Origin: Laetmonice hystrix
Taxonomy: Eukaryota
Assembly (NCBI GenBank): GCA_965235115.1
Contig: OZ249436.1
Coordinates: 30,568,001 to 30,632,000 of the forward strand
Direction: 5' to 3'
DNA length: 64,000 nucleotides
Made by a program: the position numbers and the translations under genes. The notes under the pieces were generated by a model. It did not search any database. It was not told the DNA's origin and worked only from the letters and a program-made list of their open reading frames with translations. This document shows, one piece after another, positions 37,307-49,700 of the stretch; position 1 is the stretch's first letter, and every line of letters begins with the position of its first letter.

Positions 37307-40300
37307 TCACCTGGCCTCGTGGTGCATCAATGGCGGCGCCCTTGAAAGATGTTGGCTCTGCAATATGGCCAAGAGTCTGAAGAGAGAAAAAACGGAAACC
37401 ATTATTTTATCTGTTACCAAGGACACGTTAATTTTTTTTTAAACGAGAGCTCTACCAGACTTTGTAGGTTAAATTTCTATTGACAATTAGTATCAGAATA
37501 TCCAGTACATTAAGAGTCGACTTTGTCGCATTGAGCAATTTCCACTACTTAGTAAATGCATTGGGATGCAAGAATGTTTATACTTACTTGTTTGGTGGAA
37601 TTTGATTACATATATTCTGAAGATCACCTAGAAGCACACAATAATGAAGAGAATGGGATATCAGATTTCCAAATTTCACTTTATATCAAAGCACAGAATA
37701 CTAAAAATGAAAATCTGAATCAGCATAACTCGTTCGGCAAGAACGGTTCACCTTCGCTTATATATATTTTACTCTGAATTACTAATCCATAAAATCATTC
37801 TTTTTAATTACAGTGTTTATATTCAATGATATACCAATATATACAGTCAGGGTACAGCAGTAGTTGTAGTCTAAACGCCTAAATCTAGAGGGAAGTACCC
37901 CCTGGTGGCAGATGGCTCCCTTATAAGGAATTTTTACATATTAATATGATATTATAACAACTTTGATCCCAGGCACCGACTACTTCGACTGGACTCAACT
38001 GTATATAAATAATGACAGCTATTTTTGTTGGTATTCCATCAGTAACTTAATGAAACTTACTCAGACTACATCTAAAGCTTCCTGTTGTAAGTGCCACCTG
38101 TAGAATCTGCACTAGTCTGTTGATAGACTTCTGAACAAAGTCAGCTTCATTGAGGTGCCTGCCCTCTGAGAGCGTGGCATCCCTGCGACGTATCTCAGCA
38201 AGCAGTGCCCGTGTGTCCTTCACAATACGTAGCATGTCAGCCAGAGTCAGCAGTTCTAGTTGGTTGGCTCCAGGCAGTGTGGGGAAGGCCAGTAGGGTCT
38301 ACCAGCCACAACAACAAATGTTAGCACCTCTTAGTATAAACCAGATCACAAATTTATCCACTCACATCAGACAAAGTGAATGAATTTCAGATTTCAAATA
38401 CACGTTTGGCTGCTCTGGCAGGCAATAAATTTCTATAATTGCTGACTAAAACACGAATTCGGCCAACATTATTGATCACATTATTATTAAATTAGAAAAT
38501 ATCTGGAGACTGTAGTTTAAGTCATAGCAATTTTGTACTCCACGTTTTGGTCTATACATTTATAACGATTCAACCAATTACCCGGTACTCTGAGCATTGC
38601 ACAACACAGACTCGCCATTGGGGTTATATTCTCGACTATCCACTGTCTTTGAATTTGTGCCTTTTTTGTGATGTTTGTAATAATAATACTGATTAAACTG
38701 CTTGTTATTATTTTACCTGTAGTAAAGCTAGGTGCAGACGTGACCATATCTCTTCCTCCTTTAGGCTCATTTGTAGCAGTCTTTGTTCGCTTTCCGTCTG
38801 ACCATTGGTGATATCAATACTGCTCTGTCTGAGATAGCCAAGTCTGTGAAGGAGGGGCGACTGTGTACTCCACCTAACTAGGCCAGGAATTGGAGTCTGT
38901 GTGTTAGGCTTGGTGGGCGAGGTCCACAAACTGCTCCTTTGGGGCTGTTTATTAAAAATAGTCTTTATAAACAACCAAACTAGAAAACAATCTTTATAAA
39001 AGCGATATAAAATGATGATATAAAATTAAACTATAATTAAAAGCAGGCTACTTCTTCGTAAAGTTCTGGTAATATGACATACCTGAATAAAAGCATTCTG
39101 AGCATGGCAGAGTGATACTAGACACAGGTGTGAGTCCTCTAGGATCCAGTTAGTGATCAACTCCAAGAGTTCAGCAGGCAAAAGTTGCCTCCCTGCTCCA
39201 ACACCTGAAACAAGAAATGATAAAAGTCTATCCCTTGTCTTACCAGGAATACAATAATCATCCCTCTCATTGCTTTGGCTGCAGCAGTTGGTTGCTACAC
39301 CCTGAGTGCAGGATGAGGTGCCAAACTTGTAGGAAGAGATATCGGGTGGATAAAAAAAAACGCCCGAACTTTAAACTTTAATATTTCAAAAACTTTGCAT
39401 TATAATTCAATAAAATTTCTCTTAGTATAACTTCATGATATTAGCTCTTGTATGTTAACGTTTCAGCTCAATAGCTTTGATATGAATCCCGTGGCGCTAA
39501 AAACAAAAATCAGTGTCTTAAAACGCAATGCCGGAATTAGGTCAAATATCATGCAGCTGCCAGGTGTCCAACTTGACACCTGTTTGATGCACCGCATTGT
39601 ACCTTGGGTAAAAAAGGTTTCAATATTTAGTTTTTGCATGTTTTACAACATGTATAATGTTGTGAACCACTAGATATAATAAATTATGTGCTATTCCTAG
39701 TACTTCTAGAGAAACCCAGATGTTTAATTTGCCAAACCCTACAGAGAAACTGCAACATTAGGACGATATGACTGTAACCAGAAGTTTAAGGGAAATCGTA
39801 TCACTATCACGTTTAGCAACACGTTCAGAACGCTGCTTATTTCCCAATAATGGGAAGATAATTCCCTATCAGAGATCAGGAAGTGCATTGGCGAATGTAA
39901 AAAGAGACTGAGAGCAGTATGAAGTGAAAACGGGGGACCGATTGACCACCTACTCTAGTGTGAGGCCAGGGACTCTGGGTGCGACTACCACTCGCTTTAG
40001 CCCGGCATTGCGCTTTTGTACAATGATTTTTGTTTTTAGCGCTACGGAAATATTATCCAAGCTATTGAGTTGTAACATTAACAACTAAGAGACAACATCA
40101 TGAAGTTATAGTAAGAAAAATTCCATTAAATTACAATCGATACTTTTTGAAATATTGAAGTTTAAAGTTCGGGGCGTTTTTTTTTATCCACCCGATATAT
40201 ATGCGGTCCAAGAGCTAAAGAAAATCAACACTTACCTAACTATAATCAGAGTAGAGCTACAGTAATTTCTTCTATATGTGCTGCCATCTACTGGCAGCAC

Positions 40301-42552
40301 ATATAGGAGACAGTCGCATACAATCAAGAAACTCTTTTCAAGGTTTGCCTCTAAACTAAGATTCTAGTGGTATAGTCGATTAAGGATGGCCCCTTTCACT
40401 TACCAGTAGGTGTGTAGGTGGTGGCAAGGGCTGTGATAAAATTGCATGTGAAATGCGGCGAGAGCTTTGGTAGAGTGTGGAGACTAGATGCTGCTCCAGG
40501 TACCAAGAGGCAGTAATCGCCAACAATTGTCGTCACAACTTTAGCGACCGCATCTGTACTGCAGCCTTGCCTCTGTTCCAATTAAATCATGAGAAAAAAA
40601 AACCTCATTATTGCTGTATTTCAAATTTTACATCTACTGACATTATTTATACACACTTACTTGGTATGTGTAGCCAGGATGTGAAGTTTCATTCTAAGAT
40701 ATTATACAACTCATTTTAGCAATGAACTAATACCTGCATCCAAATCTCTGTTCATATCTTGAGGTGGAAACAGCTTTGAATGGAATTTCCATATAACTCA
40801 GATGGCTTAGCCTAAATAATGAATCTAGTATTAAATAAGAATAACTTTTTTGTAGATTCATATAAATTATTTGAAAGATTTCCCACCTGCATCCACACAG
40901 CAGCACAGTCGAGTAAAGAACTGTTGCTCACACCAATCGCCATGGAGACCAACTTTGCAAGAAAATCACATCTTGTAGGTGACAAGGTGCCAGAAAACAT
41001 TGCTTTGAAGACAGAATGCCTCAGCCAATCATTAGACATGTCTCTGCTGTAGTATTCCACCACAATCTCTAGGACCTGAAGCTGCTGAATAGCACTCAGT
41101 TTCTGAAATAAAAAAACATAGTACCTATATTACAACAGGGTGGGAAAATACTCTCAAAATGTAATTACAACTCTTGTTTGCTGATTCATTCTCCAGGGGT
41201 AGATTTCGTGCGTGATTTTTTAGGAGTCAGCAGGACTCCCAAGTTACAAAATTTAGGAGTCCGCCAAAAAATGCGGGAGTCCACTATCTTTAGTTTTAGG
41301 GAATACAACGTAACTGGATGTAAAAAAGACCAATTACAGACGGTGTTATTATATGCATATGGCATCGCTCCGAGTGCGAGATGGGCCTATCTCAGCACGC
41401 GTCAGGCCAGTTCAGGCCGAGCCTTTAGGCGAGGCCTGAACTGGCCTGACAAGTGCTGAGATAGGCCCATCTCGCACGAGGAGCAATGCCATATGCATTT
41501 TCTCGCATGATATCCATTTTCTACCAATTAAAACCAGTATTACAAGAGAAAAACAGCCGTTTCTAAGCTAATCATTGTGTTAAGCATTGTGCAATATATA
41601 TTACTACGCATAGGGTTTCTGGGCCATGGTTACGTCAGGGCGCGGTTTCTATTAGAATGACTACGTTATTATGACGGAACAGTTGTATTGTCATCACTAA
41701 GATACTGTAACGTCACAATAGTTTTGGACAAGTGCCATTGTTGCAGGAGGCCAGAGCAAAGACGATGTGACAACAAAACTCCTTGACCCGCGCCTCACTC
41801 TCGACGTTGCAAAGTCACTTTTAATACCCTTTATTAGAAATACTGTATGATATGCAAAATAAATCGTGAGAAATACAGATTCTGTGAGAGTATCTGTGTG
41901 AGGCACTACTTGATGACGCACAATGAGGCGTTTGTTTACATGCGTTATGCGTAGTCATTAGAACTACTTCCCTGGGAGTGCGAGATGGGCTCATCCCAGC
42001 ACTGGTGTCAACATTGTGTCGTCACATCAGAGTGCGAGAAGCCATAATAATTTGGCATAAACACTCATATTAGTCTTGTGACCCCTGCTGAGTAACAGAT
42101 ATTCTGTTCACCGTGACTGGGCGATCATCACCTTGTCCTCGGTTAAAATCTGCATCAGTCTGTGTGTAAATATCTAGGAGACAGCCGGACTCCTGGTCAG
42201 GTGGCTGCCAGGAGTCTGTCCCAATTTTTGGTAGTCTCGGACTCACGGACTCCCGTCGAAATCGACCCCTGTTCTCCCTTTTAGACAGCACTGAGATGCA
42301 CAACAACAAAATTTATAAACCTAAAAACAGACTACATAACAGCAGATACAAATCTACCTTTGTTTGGCCATTTCTCCCTGGTACTTCTTGAAAAAGGAAT
42401 TCGTTGGCCAACTGTTCAGCCACCTCCTCATCGGCACCTCCAAGGCCTGGGATACCAACATCTTGGGAGAAACACGATCCCAACCTTTCCAGTGCAAGAC
42501 GGCTTGATTCTGGAAAGGCCAGCCTCCTCAGCGAACTCATCATGTCTGACAT
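37307..42552 (-). CDS. INTS15: Integrator complex subunit 15 (C7orf26 homolog), 8 coding exons, ~425 aa
   Basis: Exons 42552-42358, 41102-40887, 40572-40404, 39204-39083, 38944-38717, 38298-38061, 37627-37588, 37376-37307 (1278 nt). Peptides LSAIQQLQVLEI, KLVSMAI, LLDCAAVWMQ, DYCLLVPG, SPHFTCNFIT, LELITNWILED, TPIPGLVRW, SRLHLALLQ and RLVQILQVAL align with C7orf26/INTS15 as recalled. A probable non-coding first exon ends at donor CAG/GTATGT at 43257. Confidence 0.88.
39342..40195. mobile_element. Tc1/mariner-type non-autonomous element, INTS15 intron
   Basis: Long imperfect TIRs (~200 bp) starting TCGGGTGGATAAAAAAAAACGCCC; TA flanks. Confidence 0.85.
41194..42271. mobile_element. hAT-like MITE with 5-bp TSD, carrying a nested element with a ~145-bp palindrome (~41353-42040)
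   Basis: TIR CAGGGGTAGATTTCG / CGAAATCGACCCCTG; TTCTC on both sides; GGAGTC/GACTCC subterminal motifs; palindrome at 41353-41498. Confidence 0.8.
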
Positions 42553-43533
42553 CTTTCCAGTCCACACCTTTTGCCCCTGAAATATATGTCAGAGGTGGAA
42601 CCGGGATGAAATACTGAAAATATTCATCTTTGTCACTTCTTCAAAAAAAAGGGGGGGGGGCACGCCCATCCTCTTGGATCCACGCCTGCAAACAATGAAC
42701 GGGGGCACTTCACCCTTTGTGCTAGTTATGTTAAATACTTATGGTACGGTACCGGTGTAGTTATTCATGGTTATGGTCTGATGTTATATGGGACCACCCA
42801 CTCCATGGCCATCATCTTGTTAGTAATGTTACGTGTAAGTGAAAACATGATATATAGGCCTACGAATTGGTGAATTCAAAAAAGGGCCCAAGCCAAGTCC
42901 ACCTCAGTTTTTCTAGGCTAAAGTCATGTTTTGCATGATTTGGCCTTTTGGCTTTAGGTGAAAAGTTTTAATTTGTGCGCCAGATCGTGCCAACTCCCAG
43001 CAATATGCATAATTTCCTAGAGTAAGAGTTGAGCCTTTTTTGAACTCACCGTGTAGAAAATTATTCCTTATGGTCGCCCTTATTGAATTCAAATCATAGA
43101 TTCTGCCTATTTCTAACAGATCCCCACCCCCTCCTACCGGCGGTAGGCCTAGTCTACTCTCAGTCTCACTCACTGTTGTGTTGAGTGTTGTGTTGAAACT
43201 TGGGAAAGCCTAAACGTATTTAGGCTAACACTGGGGTTATGTGTCGCCATACATACCTGGCTAAATGAGCGGAATACCCTAGCCAAATATGCACCTTTAG
43301 TCAGCCTTTAATAGATCTAGGCGGTTCATTTAGGCCTATCTAAACCGTCACATAGCATGATAGGCCCTACATGTGCATCAAACCCTCTCCATCCGACACC
43401 TGACACATTTCTACGACCGGAAACATTGAATCTAGGTCACGGTATTCAAACGGTAGATGGCGCTGCAAAAGAAATCTATCCACTGGGCCCCCTGTTGGTT
43501 CAAATCCGCATAGAACTGTACTGTATAGCCTAA

Positions 43534-44053
43534 AGCGGTGTTTCCATTAACGCGGCTGCGGCCCGGGCACGGGTACGGCTGATAAGACACGTCGTTGTTT
43601 TTAAAGGTGCGTCCCGGCTGCGTCTCAATGTTGTTGGTATAGCCTAAGGTCATAGGCCATACATCTGCCTAATCGATAAGTTTTTCGTTAAGTTTTTGGA
43701 TGTCTTGCTTGCTGACCACGTGAGGCATGGTGCCATCCATTTTTTGAGTGAAGAACATGCACGTGACCACCTGGGATCAAGGGGATCCCTCATGCGGCTC
43801 ATCTGCGGCTGTGCTCGAATCGCTCCATGACGCGATCGGGAACAGCCGCATGCGACGTCCGGACGGGCGCCGTACGGAGATCGCATTAATGGAAACACTT
43901 AGATCTACATTAAAAACAACGACGTGCGATATCAGCCGTACCCGTGCCCGGACCACAGCCGGGCCGCAGCCGCGTTAATGGAAACACCGCTTTATCAGCC
44001 GTACCGTGCCCGCACCGCAGCCGGGCCGCAGCCGCGTTAATGGAAACACCGCT
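43534..44053. mobile_element. Harbinger-type MITE family A, copy 1 (43534-43991) plus a duplicated right end
   Basis: TIR AGCGGTGTTTCCATTAACGCGGCTGCGG; TAA/TTA flanks; near-identical to the copies at 54302-54761 and 54765-55227. Confidence 0.9.
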
Positions 44054-44454
44054 TTATAGTGGGGCGGATATGTGAAAGTATTGTGGGTTTGATGAAACAA
44101 GCATGAAATTTGGTACACAGGTAGATTATGCCTCAGTGGTGATTTTTAGAAATAGGGCCATCTCAGATTCTACCTGTGTCCATGTTACCATGGCAACCAA
44201 TAAACCGTCTGATTTTGCTTAGCAACCGGCACTGTATGGCTCCAATGAGAGAATGAAACACCCCTAGTGCCCATACTCCCACCGAATCGATATCAGGGAT
44301 CAGCATGGTAACATCAGCATTTTCATATTATCAGTCTGTTGCTTAGCAACAAACCTAAAATCCACATTTCCTTAGCAACCAGCTTTATATTGCTTCAACG
44401 AGCAAATACAACACCCCTACCCCCACCAAATTGATATTAGTGATCAACATGGTA

Positions 44455-45234
44455 GGGGAAAGCGGGGCATAACGGGCCACACTTTTTCAAATGTTTTTTT
44501 TTGAAAAATCGTTACCCACCTGGAACATGAAAATAGTACAGCAGTATACCTACTACCAACCTTTATTACCAGTTCTGATTAGGAACAGTTTTAACTTCTA
44601 GGAAATAAAAAACACAACTTTTTAAAAATTGAACACTGTCCCATCGTGCCCCTTGAGTACGGGGTATTACGGGACGCTGTTAACACAGGGTCGGGGCTGA
44701 CCGGTACAGTCAGTTTACAGACACAAATCACAGACGTAATATGCAGGGGGACTGCCCCCATTGCCCTGCCCCCCCCCCCCCCCTCCGTGGATGCCCACGC
44801 GCTAACTACTCATGGGGTATGATGGGACAGTTACCCATTGTGGCCCATAAGCCACTGTCCCATTATGCCCCACCCTTAACGTCACAAAGATGTCCTCTTC
44901 CCGCCAGAGTAGATGATGCATCACGAGCTACGTAATGAATGTTTACTCCATAATGCCCACACTAACTGTTGGTGTGAGAATAGTCAGTCATTCTTAGTTC
45001 TAGAGACTCAGGGGGTGTCAAGTATTTACCTGGCGGAAGTTTGGGTGCCAAGACTTTCAGGTCTGTAGATGATTACAGAAAAATGTGGGTCTGACGTTCG
45101 GATCCGTCAACACCAATATGTCTTCCATCAAGGCTGTGACAACTATAGGGAATCCCAGCCCCATCTGATGGAAAGTGTAGAAGCTAGAGCCATGTCCCTT
45201 CATGCCCCGAGTCCCGCCATGCCCCGCTTTCCCC
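44455..45234. mobile_element. TA-TSD MITE (Tc1/mariner-pogo type) inside an Academ subterminal repeat
   Basis: TIR GGGGAAAGCGGGGCAT / ATGCCCCGCTTTCCCC; it splits catggTAccatcag, which is intact in the neighbouring repeat at ~45375. Confidence 0.88.
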
Positions 45235-45633
45235 TACCATCAGTATGTTTATATGATCATCCTGTTGCCTAGCAACAGGCATAACATCAAATTTTCCTTA
45301 GCAACCAGCACCATATAGCTCGAATGAATGACGAAAACACCCCTACCCCCACCAAATTCATACCAGCTGTCAACATGGTACCATCAGTATTTTCATATTA
45401 TCATCCTGTTGCCTAGCAACAGGGATAACATCAAATTTTGCTTAGCAACCAGAACCATACGACCCGAATGAGCGACAAATACACCCCTACCCCCAGCAAA
45501 TTGATACCAGGTGTCAACATGGTAACATCCGGTAGACTATACCTCAGTGTTGATTTTTAGCTATAGGGCCATCTCAGATTCGACCTGTGACAAAAATAGC
45601 GGCTATTTCCAAGATGGCCGCCATCGCTTATTA

Positions 45634-46081
45634 GGCTGAGTTCACATAGGAGTATACGGCACGGGTATACGGTGCACGTTTTGCAGGGCACGCGAATAGC
45701 TTAAATCGTACAATAGGATCTTATAATACCGGGTCACATCAGATGGCACTATTCGAAAAGGCGTATAGTATAGTATAGTGGGAATCGTGCGTGTTCGATT
45801 TTAGTGCAGCGTATACCTTGGGGTGCCTGTGTTTAAAAGTTCAGCATTTACACAGTTCTTGATATTTTTTAACTAAATTTTCAGCTCTAAGGGCCGATAT
45901 ATAGGGGTATTGACTCTGAAAGTTTCAAAGAAATCAGTTCAAGGGGAGGGGCAGGGGGGCACCTTTCAATTCATGTCGGGAATTAAGACACTGGCGGGCG
46001 TGACTCGCCGTGCCCGTATAGCGTATAGCGAATACCGAATACCGAATACCGTATACCGTTTTCTCCTATGTGAACTCAGCC
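45634..46081. mobile_element. Harbinger-type MITE
   Basis: TIR GGCTGAGTTCACATAGGAG / CTCCTATGTGAACTCAGCC; TTA/TAA flanks. Confidence 0.88.
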
Positions 46082-46702
46082 TAAGAAATTATTTCTTCTG
46101 TTTTTGTAGGTAGCAAAGGTACACACAATAGCTTGCAAGTCAATAGGATTGAAATTGTGTCCAAACAGTAATGAACTGTTCTCTGTGAGCCACGTCACTC
46201 AGAGCACTGTCCACCGCACTGACAAAGAGCTGTACATTGAAGAGATGCCTTGTGACATTTGCAGCGTCCTCTGCAGCCGTTCTTGCAGCCATATCGCAAG
46301 AGTTCCCTGCAAGCTTCTGATGCTTGAACTGGTAGTGTCGTCCAGGTTATACACTATCCACCACCAGGCTTCCTGTTCCAACCCCATTCACTTGGTGACG
46401 GAAGCTCTGGAGCAGGGGTCATCATTTGGGCCCAACAGTGATCAGCCTGGTAGGCAGCTCTCTTAGTGTGTTGGATGAGTGCAGCATGTGTGGGAGGCAG
46501 ACCATCAATAGCTCTACCTTTCTTGCTGAACAGCTGTTTCCTTGCCTGGTTCACACCCTCCTCTGTGCTGGTGCGATCATACAGAAGGACCACAAATCGC
46601 TCCAGTGGTTGCATCCACTCGTCAATGGGTCTGGCATGGTACCCAAGGCGCAGAATGCTGGTGTGACGTCTATATAGGTAGACCTGGGGCCCGTTTCACT
46701 AA

Positions 46703-49700
46703 TACCCCCATCACACTGGAAGGCGATCTAGCTGCGCTCTAGAAAATGGGCCAGATCGCCGTAGAGCGCGGATAGAGTGCCCTGAGGTCCTTCTCAGCGT
46801 CATAGGAGCGAGATAGTGTCTCCCTGGGTCGCCATGTCACCATGAGCGCCATGAGCGGCGACCACTTTTGAACATGCACAAAATTTACGCCGCGGGGTCG
46901 CCGTGGATCTAAAAGCGCAGTTAAGCCCCAGTCCCACCAAAGCCGATTGTACGACGTTCTATGCCGTTCTATCAAGATCTGAAATTTAGTTTAAGTCGTG
47001 ATGAATCGTGATAAAATCATGACAACCCGAAGAGCTAGCTACGAATCTATCATGTTCTATCCCGACATCGGCCCGACCTTCCCGACAGCACAACGACTAA
47101 AGCAACGTTCACTGCCGACCTATGCAGATTGAGCTTCGACCTATCAAGATCCCGGCCCGATGTATGGCGACCTATACCAAGATTGACAAACGATGTAGCA
47201 ACGTTCTATGCCGTGCCCCAGCCGAGCTACGACCTGTCCCGATGACATCAGGTCTAGATCAGGGCTAAAGCCCCAGTCCCACCAAAGCCGAATTAGCTAC
47301 GACGTGTCACGATCTGATAAATCGTGTAGAATCTGGAAAGGTCATAACTCGGTCGTAAAGTTGTCGTGATAGATCCTCATAGGTCGGGATAGGCCACGAT
47401 TGCACCCCAACAATTTTAAACTGTTCAAAACAATCGGCATTGGTCGGGGAAAAGCTCAAATCGGGGATATACCGTAGGTCAAACGTTGCTCAGTCGGGAA
47501 TAGTCGGGGGACAATCGGGATAGTTCGTTGTTCAGTCCTGGTTGATCGTAGGACAATCGCCAGACATTTCCTAGATCTAGCCCTGACGTCATCTGGACAG
47601 GTCGTAGCTCGGCTGGGGCTCAGACGGCATAGAACGTTGCTACATCGTTGGTCAAACATAGGGTCGGGTTCTTGATAGGACGTAGCTCAATCTGCATAGG
47701 TCGGCAGAGAACGTTGCTAAGTTGTTTCTCGGTCGGGAAGGTCGGGAGGATGTCGAGATAGAACATGATAGCACGCAGCGTGATCGTTGAGAGATCTTTG
47801 GAAAACCGTTGCCCAGTCGCCGTTGAACGTGACAATCCGTAGCTAGGTCTTCGGGTTGTCATTATTTCATCACGATTCATCACGACTTAAAATAAATTTT
47901 AGATCTTGATAGAACGGCATGGAACGTAGTACAATCGGCTTTGGTGGGAGTGGGGCTTAATTTTCTGGCAATTGTCCTACGATAAACCAGGACTGAACAA
48001 CGAACTATCCCGATTGTTCCCCGACTATATTCCCGACTGAGCAACGTTTGACCTACGATATAGCCCCGATCTGAGCTTTTTCCCGACCAATGCCGATTGT
48101 TTTGAACAGTTCAAAATTGTCGCGACCTATGAGGATCTATCAAGACTACTCTACGACCGAGTTAGGACCTTTCCCGATTCTACACGATTTATCAGATCGT
48201 GACACGTCGTAGCTAATTCGGCTTTGGTGGGACTGGGGCTTAAAGCCCCAGTCCCACCAAAGCCGATTGTACGACGTTCTATGCCGTTCTATCAAGATCT
48301 GAAATTTAGTTTAAGTCGTGAGGAATCGTTATGAAATCATGAAAACCCGAAGACCTAGCTACGAATCTATCATGTTCTATCCCGACATCGGCCCGACCTT
48401 CCCGACAGCGCAACGACTAAAGCAACGTTCACTGCCGACCTATGCAGATTGAGCTTCGACCTATCAAGATCCAGGCCCGATGTATGGTGACCTATACCAA
48501 GATTGACAAACGATGTAGCAACGTTCTATGCCGTGCCCCAGCCGAGCTACGACCTGTCCCGATGACATCAGGTCTAGATCAGGGCTGAAGCCCCAGTCCC
48601 ACCAAAGCCGAATTAGCTACGACGTGTTACGATCTGATAAATCGTGTAGAATCGGGAAAGGTCCTAACTCGGTCGTACAGTAGTCTTGATAGATCCTCAT
48701 AGGTCGGGATAGGCCACGATTGCACCCCGACAATTTTAAACTGTTCAAAACAATCGGCATTGGTCGGGGAAAAGCTCAAATCGGGGATATACCGTAGGTC
48801 AAACGTTGCTCAGTCGGGAATAGTCGGGGGACAATCGGGATAGTTCGTTGTTCAGTCCTGGTTGATCGTAGGACAATCGCCAGACATTTCCTAGATCTAG
48901 CCCTGACGTCATCTGGACAGGTCGTAGCTCGGCTGGGGCTCAGACGGCATAGAACGTTGCTACATCGTTGGTCAAACATCGGGTCGGGTTCTTGATAGGA
49001 CGTAGCTCAATCTGCATAGGTCGGCAGAGAACGTTGCTAAGTTGTTTCTCGGTCGGGAAGGTCGGGAGGATGTCGAGATAGAACATGATAGCACGCAGCG
49101 TGATCGTTGAGAGATCTTTGGAAAACCGTTGCCCAGTCGCCGTTGAACGTGACAATCCGTAGCTAGGTCTTCGGGTTGTCATTATTTCATCACGATTCAT
49201 CACGACTTAAAATAAATTTTAGATCTTGATAGAACGGCATGGAACGTAGTACAATCGGCTTTGGTGGGAGTGGGGCTTAATTTTCTGGCAATTGTCCTAC
49301 GATAAACCAGGACTGAACAACGAACTATCCCGATTGTTCCCCGACTATATTCCCGACTGAGCAACGTTTGACCTACGATATAGCCCCGATCTGAGCTTTT
49401 TCCCGACCAATGCCGATTGTTTTGAACAGTTCAAAATTGTCGCGACCTATGAGGATCTATCAAGACTACTCTACGACCGAGTTAGGACCTTTCCCGATTC
49501 TACACGATTTATCAGATCGTGACACGTCGTAGCTAATTCGGCTTTGGTGGGACTGGGGCTTAAAGCCCCAGTCCCACCAAAGCCGATTGTACGACGTTCT
49601 ATGCCGTTCTATCAAGATCTGAAATTTAGTTTAAGTCGTGAGGAATCGTTATGAAATCATGAAAACCCGAAGACCTAGCTACGAATCTATCATGTTCTAT

